A stretch of 64,000 nt of DNA from Tricharina praecox (GCF_024521635.1 NW_026250414.1:372001-436000); one strand, 5' to 3'. Shown: positions 13,926 through 25,427, numbered from the stretch's first letter. Notes: generated from the sequence alone by a model not told the origin. A program made the numbers and translations.

Positions 13926-14989
13926 TTCCGCTGTGTTGACAGAGGGAGCCAAGGTTGGAATCTGGATTGTGGACACATGCAGGTTTTAAGTACCTGCCTG
14001 CAGGCCCGGCCCGGCCGTTGTCCCTTCAGCTGCGCATAGCCGCGGAGGTGGTGGTGGCGGGCGGTACACAACAGTGGTGATTGGTGAGGTCCATATAAAG
14101 TGTGGATCTACCACTACATGGCTCGGGAACGCGGAAGCTTTGCGGGGTAAACAGGGATCGGACGGGTTCTTCCGCGAGTCGCGAACTACGGACTCTCGTC
14201 TCCTAACGACGGGCACTATTTCGTGGGTCTAGGTCATGGTCTCTCGGGAGCTCTGCAAAGTGCTGTGTGCAACGGTCTACGATGTCGGAGAGAGCTTCTA
14301 TGTAACTACATTCCATCTCCCCGTTCGAAAAATAAACCTGACAGCCCTCCTAGAAACATCCGTACATTGTCCTCAATTCCTAAAGCTCCCAGACTTTCAA
14401 CAGTGACGACCTCCTTTTTGACCATACAACCCAGTCTGTTCCCCTCCCCAAGCTTCTCTTCTGCCTCACGAGATTCACCAGCGCTATTCGATCAGTTTAG
14501 GATGAGGTAGAACAACAGTGATGACTGCGCTCAAGACTTGCCTCTTTCAAAACTCTGAACCGACAGGTATGCAAGTAGTTTGCTATCAGTTTACCAGTTT
14601 GCCACCACTGCCGATTACCTAGGTACTCGCAGTGGACTCCATACGGAAATTGGGTGAGGGCGTTTGTGGCGTTTGTGGCGAGTTGAAGAGTGAGATGTGA
14701 GGAAGCGGTGATTTGTAAAGTAGCCGAGGTTGACAGGAATGAAGCCGGTGGATACCGGTAGATATCTCAAGGGTAGGTGCCTAGAGTAGATCTACTTGAC
14801 ATGCCGCTGCTCTGCCGCCTCGGTAATTAAGGGTTTCGTACATACCTGCATAGTGGGGATGGAGCTTGGTCGTGTGAGTATAATACAGCGCCGGGACGCC
14901 TTAAGATCGCAAGTCTTGGGCATTTCCCACGTGGTCCGCGTTGCGCGACACAATGGCCCGGTGAAGCCTCAAGACTACTATTCACGCAC

Positions 14990-16901
14990 GGACCTGTTCG
15001 GCTCGCGCCGTAATTCCAAGCTGCCACACAAATTTGAGTTGACGTTAGTTGGCTTGGAAATACGCTGAGCGTTCGGCACAACCACTTGATCGATGGAATT
15101 GAGCCACATCGTATTTTGTTTACGTATTTTTCTGAGCCACCACCAAAAAAAATAGGCTACATAATGCCAGCATTCATCACCAGCTCCCCCTGAACCCGTG
15201 CAACACAACAACATCCACAATGCCCCGCGGTGACAGCTTCCTCACCCCAGAAGTATTGCTTGCCATTGCCGTTCTTGTTGGCGCATGCGAAGCTTCTCGT
15301 TACGAAAAACCTTCACCAGAAACCTCCCCACTGTTTGGCTCCGAGTATGTGGACGAGCTTCTAAGCTGCGAAGAAGACGATGACCCACAAGTTCTCGACG
15401 CCTTCCGGATGCCGCTATCCACATTCCTCGCACTGCGCGACTGGTGTGTCGAGCACGGGCACCTGCAAGCGACGCGGTACATGTCGGTGGACGAGCAGCT
15501 CGCGATCTTCCTCTGCGTCGTCGGCGAGAACACGACCAACCGCGCGGCACAGGAACGGTTCAAGCGCAGCGGTAACACCATCAGCCGCTGCTTCAACATC
15601 GTTCTCGACGCGATGGTAGCGCTGTGCACCGCAATTGTCAAGCAGCCAGCTATCCGCCAGTCGCCTACTACCCCGCGTGTCCGGGATGATCCGGAAATGT
15701 TTCCGTACTTCAAAGATTGCCTCGGTGCCGCATCCGCAGCAACAGCAGTAGAAGCCGCAGTAGCAGACGGTACCCCGCATGCCCATGCCGATCCCCCTGT
15801 GGTGCCGGCGTCGGACGGAAAACCCTAAGCACGACCTCGAAACACCGGCAACGGCGACATCAGCCAGAGCGCCGTTGGACTGTGCACCTTTGACGAACTG
15901 TTCTGGCATGTTCTGCCCAGTGGTTGGGCAGGATTGGTACACGATGGTGGCCGCGGTCGCGTGCTTCAGGCCGCCGCTTTGCGTGATGCCCGCGTGATTC
16001 CACCGCCTGGCAACTACTATCTGGTGGATGCGGGCTATGGCTTAAGACCAGGCTTTCTCCCGCCCTACCGCGGCGCCCGGTATCGGAAGCTGGAGGATCA
16101 ACGGCTGGAGAAGCAACAACAAAAACCGCGCAACAAGGAGGAGCTGTTCAACCTCCGCTACGCGCAATTACGGAGCGGTGTCGAGCCCATCTTCCAAACC
16201 TTGAAACGGCGGTTCCGCATCCTTCGAGCTCCGCAGGAGTATACGTACGCTACGCAAGTCAAGCTGGTCTTTGCGCTTACTGCCCTGCACAATTTCATAC
16301 GAATAAACAACGACAAGAGTGAACTGGATCGATGGCGGAGAAGTACTAGCGTGGAAATGGAAGTGGAAATACATGATGGAGAAAGTTCGCAGGAAAATGC
16401 AGAAACGGATACTGCTAGTGTAGAGGAGGAAACTGAAGCGGTAGAAGGGAACGGCGGAAGACAAATGGCTGAATTGAGGGATCAGATAGCGGAGGAAATG
16501 TGGCGAGATTATACAGGTGAGGGAAGACTTAAGAGGAAAAGGAACCTGACGGGCAAGGGGCGGGAAGGACACAAGAAAGTATGTAGTTGAGTAGAGGTGG
16601 TGGTGTGGTTCTGTCGTATCGCTGTGTCGTCGTGTCGCCGTGTCTCTCTATTCATGTAATTTGTTCTGATGGCGCTGTGCGTGCCCTCTTACCAACTTTT
16701 TCGCCTCGGCTGAAAGTGTAGTATATACTGTAATAGTAATATCGTGGGGCGTAGAGAGGCTGTCGAGTGTAAAATACGGAGAAAGTGGTGTTGCCGAACA
16801 GATATTTGAGATGTGTGGGCGCCAAAATATACGGAGTAGTGTAGATACCGTATTTCCAAACTGACGTCGCTTTAGAGATACGGTGCGAGTCGAACAGGGC
16901 C
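14990..16901 (+). mobile_element. PIF/Harbinger DNA transposon, about 1.9 kb, single ORF
   Basis: TIRs GGACCTGTTCGGCTCGCGCCGTA (14990) vs reverse complement GGCCCTGTTCGACTCGCACCGTA (16901), 20/23 identical. Shared subterminal blocks TTGGAAATACG and GTTCGGCA..CCACTT. Flanks are CAC / TAC. Encloses a HARBI1-type transposase. Confidence 0.85.
15220..16590 (+). pseudogene. Harbinger (DDE_Tnp_4 / HARBI1-like) transposase with one in-frame TAA at 15826-15828
   Basis: FRMP..TF..L, SVDEQLAIFL, QERFKRSGNTISRCF, PYFKDCLGA..DGT, GW.G.VHD, YYLVDAGY, ELFNLRYAQLRSGVE.IF..LKRRFRIL, ALHNFIR. ORFs 15220 and 15934 are in the same frame, separated only by one stop. Confidence 0.9.
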
Positions 16902-17155
16902 TACGCCGGGCTCCGATTGTACTGGTACAAATGTCGCTTTTTTTTTCGGGGCTACCTACCGTACCACAGTACCGGTAGCTCGCGGTTCACAACACAACGT
17001 CAACTCACCTCTAGTTAGGCTCCGGCGGCTCTCACATGGTACAGTACAGCATAACTACAGAAGCAATTTAGATACGAACTGGCAATCACTTTTATCCCGA
17101 GGCTATCCATCATCTACCCGCCTCTCCCCCTCCCTCCCCTCCACCTCTTTGTGGC

Positions 17156-19762
17156 TCATGGCATCAGCTCGAAGGTATCGATTCGCTCCAGGCTGCCGTC
17201 CAGAATCTCGCAGGTGGAATAATCCTCTTTGAAGATGACGTGATAGAGGTACTTTGGGAGCATGGTGAAGCCTAGTTATCGGTTCGTATCAGTAACTACG
17301 AATTGCAAGTGTACGGTGGGAGAGGTGGTTAAAGCCTCGACGCATCGCGAACGAGAGAGGATGGTCATGGAAATTCTGCTTCCAGTTCTCCACATTACCG
17401 TGGAAGCGTCCATCTAGTCGTTGAGACAAGAGGACGCAACCTGTATTACGAATCTTTGCGACCACCATTGGGGGGAATGTGCGGGATAGCAACGCAACGT
17501 ACCGTCGATAACCTTTGGCACTACCATCCCAAACTCCAACCAAATCTGCTCCTGAACTTCCCCGTCACGTGCAGGCGTTTTATCCCTGATGGCCCACCGC
17601 TTCTCCGGGAACCACAGTTCGAATCCGCCCCTCTGCTTCTCGCATTCCACGACAGGCATGAGATCCCAACACACGCGGTATAATTCGTCGTAGTAAAGCC
17701 GAGAGCTCGGGCGGATGGTGAGGCCTGGTCCTAGGAGGCCGCCGAGATGGTGGTTTAGGGAGCTGCGGGAGAAAAGACGGAGGGCGGTAGAGATGAAGTC
17801 GATCAGCGTAAGGTTGGATATCGAGTTGGCAGGCGGGAATATGTGGCTCAGAAGGTGTTCGTAGACGCTGTTCTGGTCAGTGGGACGGAAGATAGACGAG
17901 GGGGGAGAACCTACCGGCGATGCAAAAGCGACGGAGTGGTATAGGTCCGGGTATTTGCGACTGGATCAATCTCAGAAATTAACAGGCCCTTTCGGCAGCA
18001 GGCTTCGAGGGTGGCCCTGTTTGCGGTGTTTTCGGTGACGCTCTGGCGGGCCACAACTTGCTGCATCGTCCTTGCAATCTGCGATTGCTCAAAGGAAGCG
18101 AGAAGAGATTGTGGAAAGAGTGTTTGCATGGCAGACGTCTTGAGGAAATAACTGAAATCAACGGAATTGCGAGCGAAAACGGTGGATAGCACTGCGGGTA
18201 TGAAGCATAGGTCTCCTTCTCCGGGTGATCTTGAAGCCTACCAGATGTTAGCATTGAACGGGACCATGGGCGTAAGATACCATACCTGGACCTCCTTCAT
18301 CGCACCGATGATGCTCCGAACGCAACCCGGATGCCCACCGGTAAACGAGTACAAGAACTCCCTTGCCTCCTCGGAAAAGACCAACGCCCCGGTCTTTCGA
18401 GCTTTGAAACTAGGGCCACAGACCGCGTTCATTACATCGTGATACTCCTCCCGTGTAAAATACAACGACACATTGGAATTATTGGTAGGAAGTGGCCGGC
18501 ACGAGACGGTCTGTTTCCGTGAGAGATACATATCATCATCGGAATACGACGAGAATAGGGCGATATAAAAGTTTCTCATCCCTTCCGTCGTCTCGCGCTT
18601 GATAAGATCGTTCCAAAGGTTGCGAAACGGGCTCAGGTATTGCGAATCGTCGAGAATTAACAGCTTCGGGCCCTGGGATTTGAGGAATTGTTCCGGTACG
18701 CCGATGCTGTGGAGAACAGAGATCCAGTGGGAGTGGGAAGGTAAATGGGGAAGCGGCTGACAGACGATGCTGCATACCTCGATGTCGGAGTTCGAGCTTG
18801 CGGATACATGCGTTGAGAGCAAGCCCGCAAGAGTGGACTTTCCGCTGGATGGGGGGCCATAGATCTGGATGACTCGGAGGAGCTGTTGCTGTTCCCATAG
18901 GGCATTGACGATATGGTGCCTGGGTGAGGATTGAATGTTCAAGAAAACAGGCACATCGGAAGGCCTCTGGCTCTTGCTCGGAGTGTGTTCTATTTTTTCC
19001 GCCTTGGTTAGCAAGCCTTCGGCCCCTCCTCTCACCGCCACCATTGTCAGGACCAACCGACCAGTCGTCATGCCAACGGACGCAACACTGCCAGCCGCTG
19101 CAGACCCACTATCCTCCGGACAATTCCCATGGCTCCCAATCAGATGGGCACAGTTATTGCAGCGAATATCAACCCAACCGTTGACACTCTCGGGGATATT
19201 GAACTCTCCGGCCCGGCACGGACACCCTATCCCGACCTTCCCCGAGCGGACCATATACCTGCATTCTCCCGACCTCGTCCGTATAGAGACCGTCGACGAT
19301 TCGTGCATCTCGTCGGCAGCGTCGAGTGGAGGCGATGACGATATCTCGTTGCTCACGCTTGTACCGGCGTTGTTCGATTTGATGGACCCGAGACGGACGA
19401 CCTGACGTCCCTCGGTGGGGGCTATCCCTTGTTCCCGCAGGTGTCTCTGGTAGGGCTGGCAGAGGCGGAGGTGATTGACTGAAAGTTGTTAGGATATATC
19501 CCCCCATCCCCCTCTTCATCCCTCTCCCGTCCAGTCCGGTCGTGTGTTTGTGCCCGTGATACATACCCTGCCGTCCCGCATGCTGCGCCAGTTCCTTCTG
19601 ACACCAATTGCACCGAACACTCCAGCGCTGTCAATTGCGGTCAGCCCTTCCCTTCCGCACCCCGGACTTGTCCGTCTTGCAACCAATGGGGCCTACCTTC
19701 CGATCCGGAGCTTTGTAGGTGGTGAAAGCCTCCTCGATCTCGGAGTTCCGCTGGCGAGCCAT
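17156..19762 (-). CDS. Multi-exon Crinkler-like STAND P-loop NTPase with N-terminal BED finger and CxC zinc module and C-terminal degenerate REase-like domain (about 716 aa if fully spliced; 3' part may be frameshifted)
   Basis: Proposed exons 19762-19697, 19627-19567, 19478-19062, 18989-18286, 18237-17915, 17867-17503, 17413-17315, 17271-17156, all GT-AG and frame-consistent; the last two introns are uncertain. Motifs: VRCNWCQKELA..RQVNHLRLC, Walker A GPPSSGKST, Walker B LLILDDSQ, TGGHPG, PSLLHRR, YYDELYRVCW, LYHVIFKEDYSTCEILD. Confidence 0.75.
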
Positions 19763-21572
19763 CGTGCTCGAGGCCGTCTGGGGGGAGAATAGAAAAGAAT
19801 CTTGATAGTGAAGTAGGTAAGAAGTTACATGTTCACACGATGTTTTCCGATACTTATGTGTCGAAACCCCGCCCGCCCCACGGGCCTCAATTTTTTTTTT
19901 TGCCGCTGGTCTTCTGACAAAGACTTACGTAGTGTATGGAAAGTAATGCTGTAATTCTGTTGCGCACAGGTCATCGTAGAGAAAGTTTTGTGTGCGGGTT
20001 TCGAGCACACGATGGGTTTGCGAGCTCGGGCCACGGGTCGGTCACTATATCCAGCGACACACGAGTGACTGCTTAAATGCAGAAAGGTGGGAACTGATAA
20101 GGCTACATGCGGCGCCCTGTTGGTGGTACAAGCAGGTACTTTGGGGTTCTTGTCTCGCACCAGCCGTCCAATGTCCAGCCGTAGTCCTGTCTTTGCAGTC
20201 CGTGAATTTTTGCCTTTGGGCACTCCGAGTAGGTAGTGACGAGCGAAGTGAGGGTCTGGATTTTGACTGCGATCGCGTGACGGATTGCCGGTATTCATAC
20301 CTCCGAATGAATCGGCATGACGTACACTGTACGCAGCTGAGTTGACCAGATAGCATAGATACGGATTTTAGGTATTCCATGGACGGGTGCGCAGACAGTG
20401 TCTTTGAGAGATCCAAAAACGTGTGAGGGATGGAAACGGATCGATTGAACTAGAATTCTCGGTCGACGATATGCAATATGAGTGTGATGAGGACTAGAGA
20501 CCGACCAACGGACAGGCAGAACAGAAATAGTGTCAACAGAAATAATTCAACGTTCAACAACCGCATCGGGCATGCATCGGGTCCCAGCTCCACAAAACTT
20601 TGTCCCACCAGGTCTCCACAAGGTGTTCTCTCTCTCCGGTGCTCACCGATGACGCCAAGCTGCCTCTTCCTTCGCGCCCCTCAACCTTATTGCAGCATGG
20701 AGAAAAAGAGACATGCTCGCAAACACTCTGATCTATACATGCAACGCCGCTCCATCAAATCTGTACACAAATAGCGCCGCCACCACGACCACCACCAGCC
20801 GTCACTTCAGTGACTGCTGATCTGGAAGTACTGAAAGGCCCACAGGAACCTCCAGTCCGCCTCCCGCGTCAACCTCTGCTCCCTCGGGCCATGTCAAGAA
20901 GCCGCCGTCCAATGTCATCTCGCCCTTTCCGAGCTGGCAAGCGCAACACGGTCTCAACTATCACCGTCTGCGAAACAACGCAGATCCGAGGCACCGCTCG
21001 CCAGAAGTAGCTGGACTAGTTTCGGATTCGTATAAACCCGCTACCATTCGCCTATAGAAGGGGGGTATTCGTTGCACTGTTCCTCAGGATATTGGGAGGT
21101 CATACCTACCCGTCCAGCGTGGGCGAGAAGCCATCCGTTCATCTGTCGAGTCCCGCAAATCCGGAATCATGGACTTTGCAGTTGAAATTGACTACCTACC
21201 TACATACATCTTACATAGGTATCGTCAAATGGTCTTGATCGACTGAATTCCTCGTCTCGGTGGCTAGGTGAAGCGGAACCGAACCGAATATATACCGTAT
21301 TATCTCGGATATAAATCTCGTTTTTGAAATGGGTTTGGCGCGGTGTGAGCGCGCCACTGCGCTTAACTAGGGTTAGTGAGGAAGCGGCAATAAAACGTCA
21401 ACTAATTGAGAGGTTGGAGCTTGGAGCTTGGAAGGGCTGAAGTCCGTGAGAATGGCAGTGAGAGGCTGCTGACCCCTGACTCCAGATCCAGGAGTCCTGA
21501 ACAGTTATTGATACAGAACACCTATACAAAGCACCTCACAAAAACCAACTTCCAGCAATCAGAAAGATAAGC

Positions 21573-22898
21573 ATGGAGAACGGCGAACTCGTCAATTCCA
21601 CTATACCACTGAACGCCTCGGATGCAGTCATATTGCAATTCGAATCTCTTATTCTCACCCCTACGGTTCGAAAAGCTACCGACAAAGCTTTAGACGAAGA
21701 CGATGATGACGATGATGATGACGATGACGAACTGGTCATCCGTCCACCACCCAAATCCAAGCCCGGCCCCAAACGAAAGCCTACCTCAGAGGTTGTGCGT
21801 AAATTTCCGCCTCCACCTACCGATCCCAACCCCGAGAGACGAGCCTTTACGACCGAATTCAAACTGGGAATACTGTCATATGCCAAATATGCCAGGGTGG
21901 ATAATGGAAAAGGTGGTCTACGAGCTCCGAGGGCTACCGAGGTGTGTGAACGTTACAACATAAAGCATACACGGTATTTGCGCAGATGGCGCTGCGAGGA
22001 GGAAAAGTTACTCGCCATGAAACCGGAACAGAAAAGAAACCGATTGTCTCGCAAACGTGCGCCTAAGCTCTCGGCTGGCTCGGCGGACGCCCTCTCGCCA
22101 GCCGTGTCCTCGCCAGCCGTGCCCTCGGCAGACGTGCCCTCGGCAGACGTGTCCTCGCCAGCCGTGCCCTCGGCAGACGCGCCCTCGGCAGACGTGCCCT
22201 CGGCAGACGTGCCCTCGGCAGACGTGCCCTCGGCAGACGTGCCCTCGGCAGACGTGCCCTCGGCAGACGTGCCCTCGGCAGACGTGCCCTCGGCAGACGC
22301 GCTCCCAGCAAGCTCGGCGAGCGGGTTCTCGGCAGGCTCTGCGGGCAGTCTCTCGGCCGGCTCGGCGGGCGGGTTCTCGGTAGGCATGTTCTCGGCAGGC
22401 GTGTTCTCGGCAGGCGTGTTCTCGGCCGACCCGCTCTCGGCGGACCCGCTCTCGGCGGACCCACTCTCGGCAGGTGCGCTCTCGGCAGGCTCGGCGAGCG
22501 CGTTCTCGGCTGGCTCTACGGGTGGTCTCTCGGCTGGCTCGGCCAACGCGTTCTCGGCAGACTCGAAGGGCAGTCTCTCGGTAGGCTCGCCGGGCGGGTT
22601 CTCGCTAGGCGTGTTCTCGGCTGGTGTGTTCTCGGCGGACGCGCCCTCGGCAGGCTCGGCAAGTGCATTCTCGGCTGGCTTTAAGGGCACTCCCTCGGCT
22701 AGCTCGGCGGACGTGCTCTCAGCGGACGCGCTGCCGGCGAGCTCTAAGGGCAGTCTATCGGCAGGCTCGGTGGGCGCACCCTCAGCTGTCTCTACTAGAA
22801 AAGTCAAGGCACTCTCGGCGCGCGCAAGCAAGAAAACCCCTCCTGAACCAACAACCTCAACTAGAAGAAGTAAGAGACTGGAAGGAGTGCAGAAGTAG
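21573..22898 (+). CDS. Pogo/Brinker-type HTH domain fused to a Ser/Ala/Gly/Pro minisatellite-encoded tail (truncated transposase derivative)
   Basis: RRAFTTEFKLGILSYAK...EVCERYNI....LRRWR resembles the BrkDBD/pogo N-terminal HTH. No DDE domain follows. The 441-codon ORF is uninterrupted. Confidence 0.6.
   Translation: MENGELVNSTIPLNASDAVILQFESLILTPTVRKATDKALDEDDDDDDDDDDELVIRPPPKSKPGPKRKPTSEVVRKFPPPPTDPNPERRAFTTEFKLGILSYAKYARVDNGKGGLRAPRATEVCERYNIKHTRYLRRWRCEEEKLLAMKPEQKRNRLSRKRAPKLSAGSADALSPAVSSPAVPSADVPSADVSSPAVPSADAPSADVPSADVPSADVPSADVPSADVPSADVPSADVPSADALPASSASGFSAGSAGSLSAGSAGGFSVGMFSAGVFSAGVFSADPLSADPLSADPLSAGALSAGSASAFSAGSTGGLSAGSANAFSADSKGSLSVGSPGGFSLGVFSAGVFSADAPSAGSASAFSAGFKGTPSASSADVLSADALPASSKGSLSAGSVGAPSAVSTRKVKALSARASKKTPPEPTTSTRRSKRLEGVQK
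22069..22822. repeat. 15-bp minisatellite (GCCCTCGGCAGACGT)n grading into degenerate 12/15-bp CTCGGC-core repeats
   Basis: Near-perfect units at about 22121-22300 encode (VPSAD)n; the CTCGG core recurs to about 22820. Confidence 0.95.
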
Positions 22899-24366
22899 TA
22901 TGTGGTTGCAGAGTTGTTTCCTAAAGTAGTATTAGCAATAATGAAGATGATGAAGATGATGGTGTGGAATTCTGTTGGAGAGACGAGGTTTGAGGCGGGA
23001 GCATTCTGGAATTTCAAGTAGTATTACAAAAGAGTCGTCACTGTGAACCTATGTAATCAATATGCCTCCAGAATTATGGCCGACGGATATATTGGCCGTT
23101 CCCTGCACACAGGTACCATGCCGTACCGTACTGTGGGTACACAAGTACCTTGTTGTACTCTATGTGAACAATACCGCGTAAAGTTACGCATGGTCAAGTG
23201 CATGCTTATCTTATATACACACAATCGCTGAACCGTTGAATGACAGAAAACCATCGTCTTATACCGGAATGTCTCCACGACGTACCTATATAAAAGGCAT
23301 AGGTATTCCCTCAGCCAACTAGATGCTAGACAGATTGTCCAAATGACAGTTAGCAAGCGGTTACGCAGCCGGTCCTCATAAAGCTCCCGAGAGCCTCACC
23401 TCGGTCGGTCGGTCGGACGGGCCTTCGAATATGGGGCCGAGATCGGTACATACTCTACTCTAGTCTACCGGTATTTGATTTCGCCATTTAAGCGGCCATT
23501 TAAGCGTATATCTATAGGTCTAGTCCCGAATCCATGAAGCTTGAACCTGTAGTTGGGTACCGCACTGCGGTTAAGCTTGTGTAATAGCGCGGGGAGAATG
23601 GTGGGGGCCGGGGAAGCGGGGTCGGATTCTGGAACCCAAACACCGGTACAAGAACGAAAGAGGAAGAGAAAAAACAACCTTGCCCGTCCCTTCCCATACC
23701 AGTAGCATAACCAGACTCCAGAGAGCGAGAATTATCCGTGGATTTAGCCTATCTACAAACATGTCCCGTTTATGTGTGCACACCCCCCGGTAAACGGCTT
23801 CCAGACAGACTCCAGTGTCCAATCGGTCGGACTGGAGATACGTTCCAGGCAGGTGCGTATCTCTGGCGTGGGAAACGTAGTGGGATTGGATAGCTCCCAG
23901 AGTAGTAGATAGATGTGTGTATGTATCTACCTACTCTAGACCAGCGGCGGCGAGTGTCTACCGAAACTACAGCAGCAACTACAGCCCTTCCGCCTTTCCG
24001 CCCGGAAGTCCTCATCCCTTCCTGCCTCCCATCCCATCCCATCTCGGCGCGAAGGACGGATCTCGAGGTCATACAGCTCCTGTCAGACCCCCAGAGAAGA
24101 GAAGGTGGATATGTGGTTAGCTAGCTAGCCATGCAAACACACGGACGGAGGACGGAGAGGCGGGTGTGGTGGTGGTGGCGACTCCCTGATAGGTACCGTG
24201 CATAGCAGGGCCAATCGACAGAATGGCAAGAAAAAAAATCTACATACATCGCACTGTCAACGCGGTACTCTGCCAACCGTGCCCGCCGCGGTGGTGAATA
24301 AATATCCCCCCGCGCACTCCCCTCGATATCCCGCGCACTCCCCACAGGTACCTATAGACTATAGAG

Positions 24367-25427
24367 ATGTTCCGCCCCCCGAGCCTACGATCCGCGCTGC
24401 GCACAGCAGGCGCAATCCTGCCCCGCAGTCCCGCTCTCCGAGTCGCAGCGCGCACACTCTCCAGCAGCAGCTCCGCCGCCGCCGCCGCCGGACCACGCAC
24501 GCTGAGCAGCTTCTCGCTCGAGGGGAAGACCGCGATCGTTACTGGCGGAGCTCGTGGGTGAGTCGACTCCAATCCAGAGCACGGGGGGAGGGGGGGAAAG
24601 AGGAGGGGCTAACCGCGCGGATAATGAAGACTCGGATATGTCATGACGCAGGCGCTCGTCGAGTCCGGTGCTGATGTGGCCATCGTCGACTTGAACGGTT
24701 CGTCGCTTCTCCCCGCACGGCGAGCCAGCCACTGACGAGTCCCCCCGCAGGCGACCAAGCACACAAAGCAGCCGAGGACCTCCTCGCGTCCTACCGCCAG
24801 GCGCACCCAGACTCGCGGACGCCACGGATCACCGCGCACACGATGGACGTGTCGTCGGCATTCATGGTCGACGAGATCTTCCCTGACATCCTGGCTGCAC
24901 ACGACAACCACATCGACACTCTCGTGACTTCCGCGGGGTTCTGCGAGAACTTCCCCGCGCACGAGTATCCGGCCGAGCGCATGCAGGCGCTGTGGGGCGT
25001 CAACGTCAACGGCACGTACAACTGCGCGGCGACGCTCGCGAGACATCTCATCAAGCAGAAGAAACGTGGCAGCATGGTCTTTATCGGGAGCATGAGCGGC
25101 GCCATTGTAAACATCCCTCAGGCTCAGGCACCGTATAACGCCTCTAAGGCCGCGGTTAAGCATCTCGCGTCCAGCTTTGCCGTCGAGTGGGCCCAGTACG
25201 GCATCAGGGTCAACTGTATCTCCCCCGGATACATGCTGACGGACCTGACGAAGAGGATCCTGGAGGATAAACCAGACCTGAAGAAGCAGTGGGAGACGTT
25301 GACGCCCATGGGAAAGATGGGGAATCCAGAGGATCTCAAGGGCGCCGTTGTGTACCTGGCGAGTGATGCTGCCGGGTATGTCACCGGTACTGAGTTGAGG
25401 GTTGACGGCGGATACACTGCTGTCTAG
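24367..25427 (+). CDS. arbD: D-arabinitol 2-dehydrogenase-like short-chain dehydrogenase, 3 exons, with a mitochondrial-presequence-like N-terminus
   Basis: TGGARG|LGYVMTQALVESGADVAIVDLN, LVTSAGFCENF, GSMSGAIVNIPQAQAPYNASK (YxxxK), AVEWA, VNCISPGYMLT, VDGGYT. N-terminus is Arg/Ser/Ala-rich without acidic residues. Confidence 0.88.

Noticed and set aside
21953-23017. 354-aa minus-strand ORF with (AEGTS)n repeats
   Set aside because: Antisense shadow of the stop-free minisatellite; non-ATG start; the plus strand carries the recognisable HTH.
23430-23450. CCGAGATCGGTA as right TIR of the pogo-like relic
   Set aside because: Only a gapped partial match to the reverse complement of the 21295 end; too weak.
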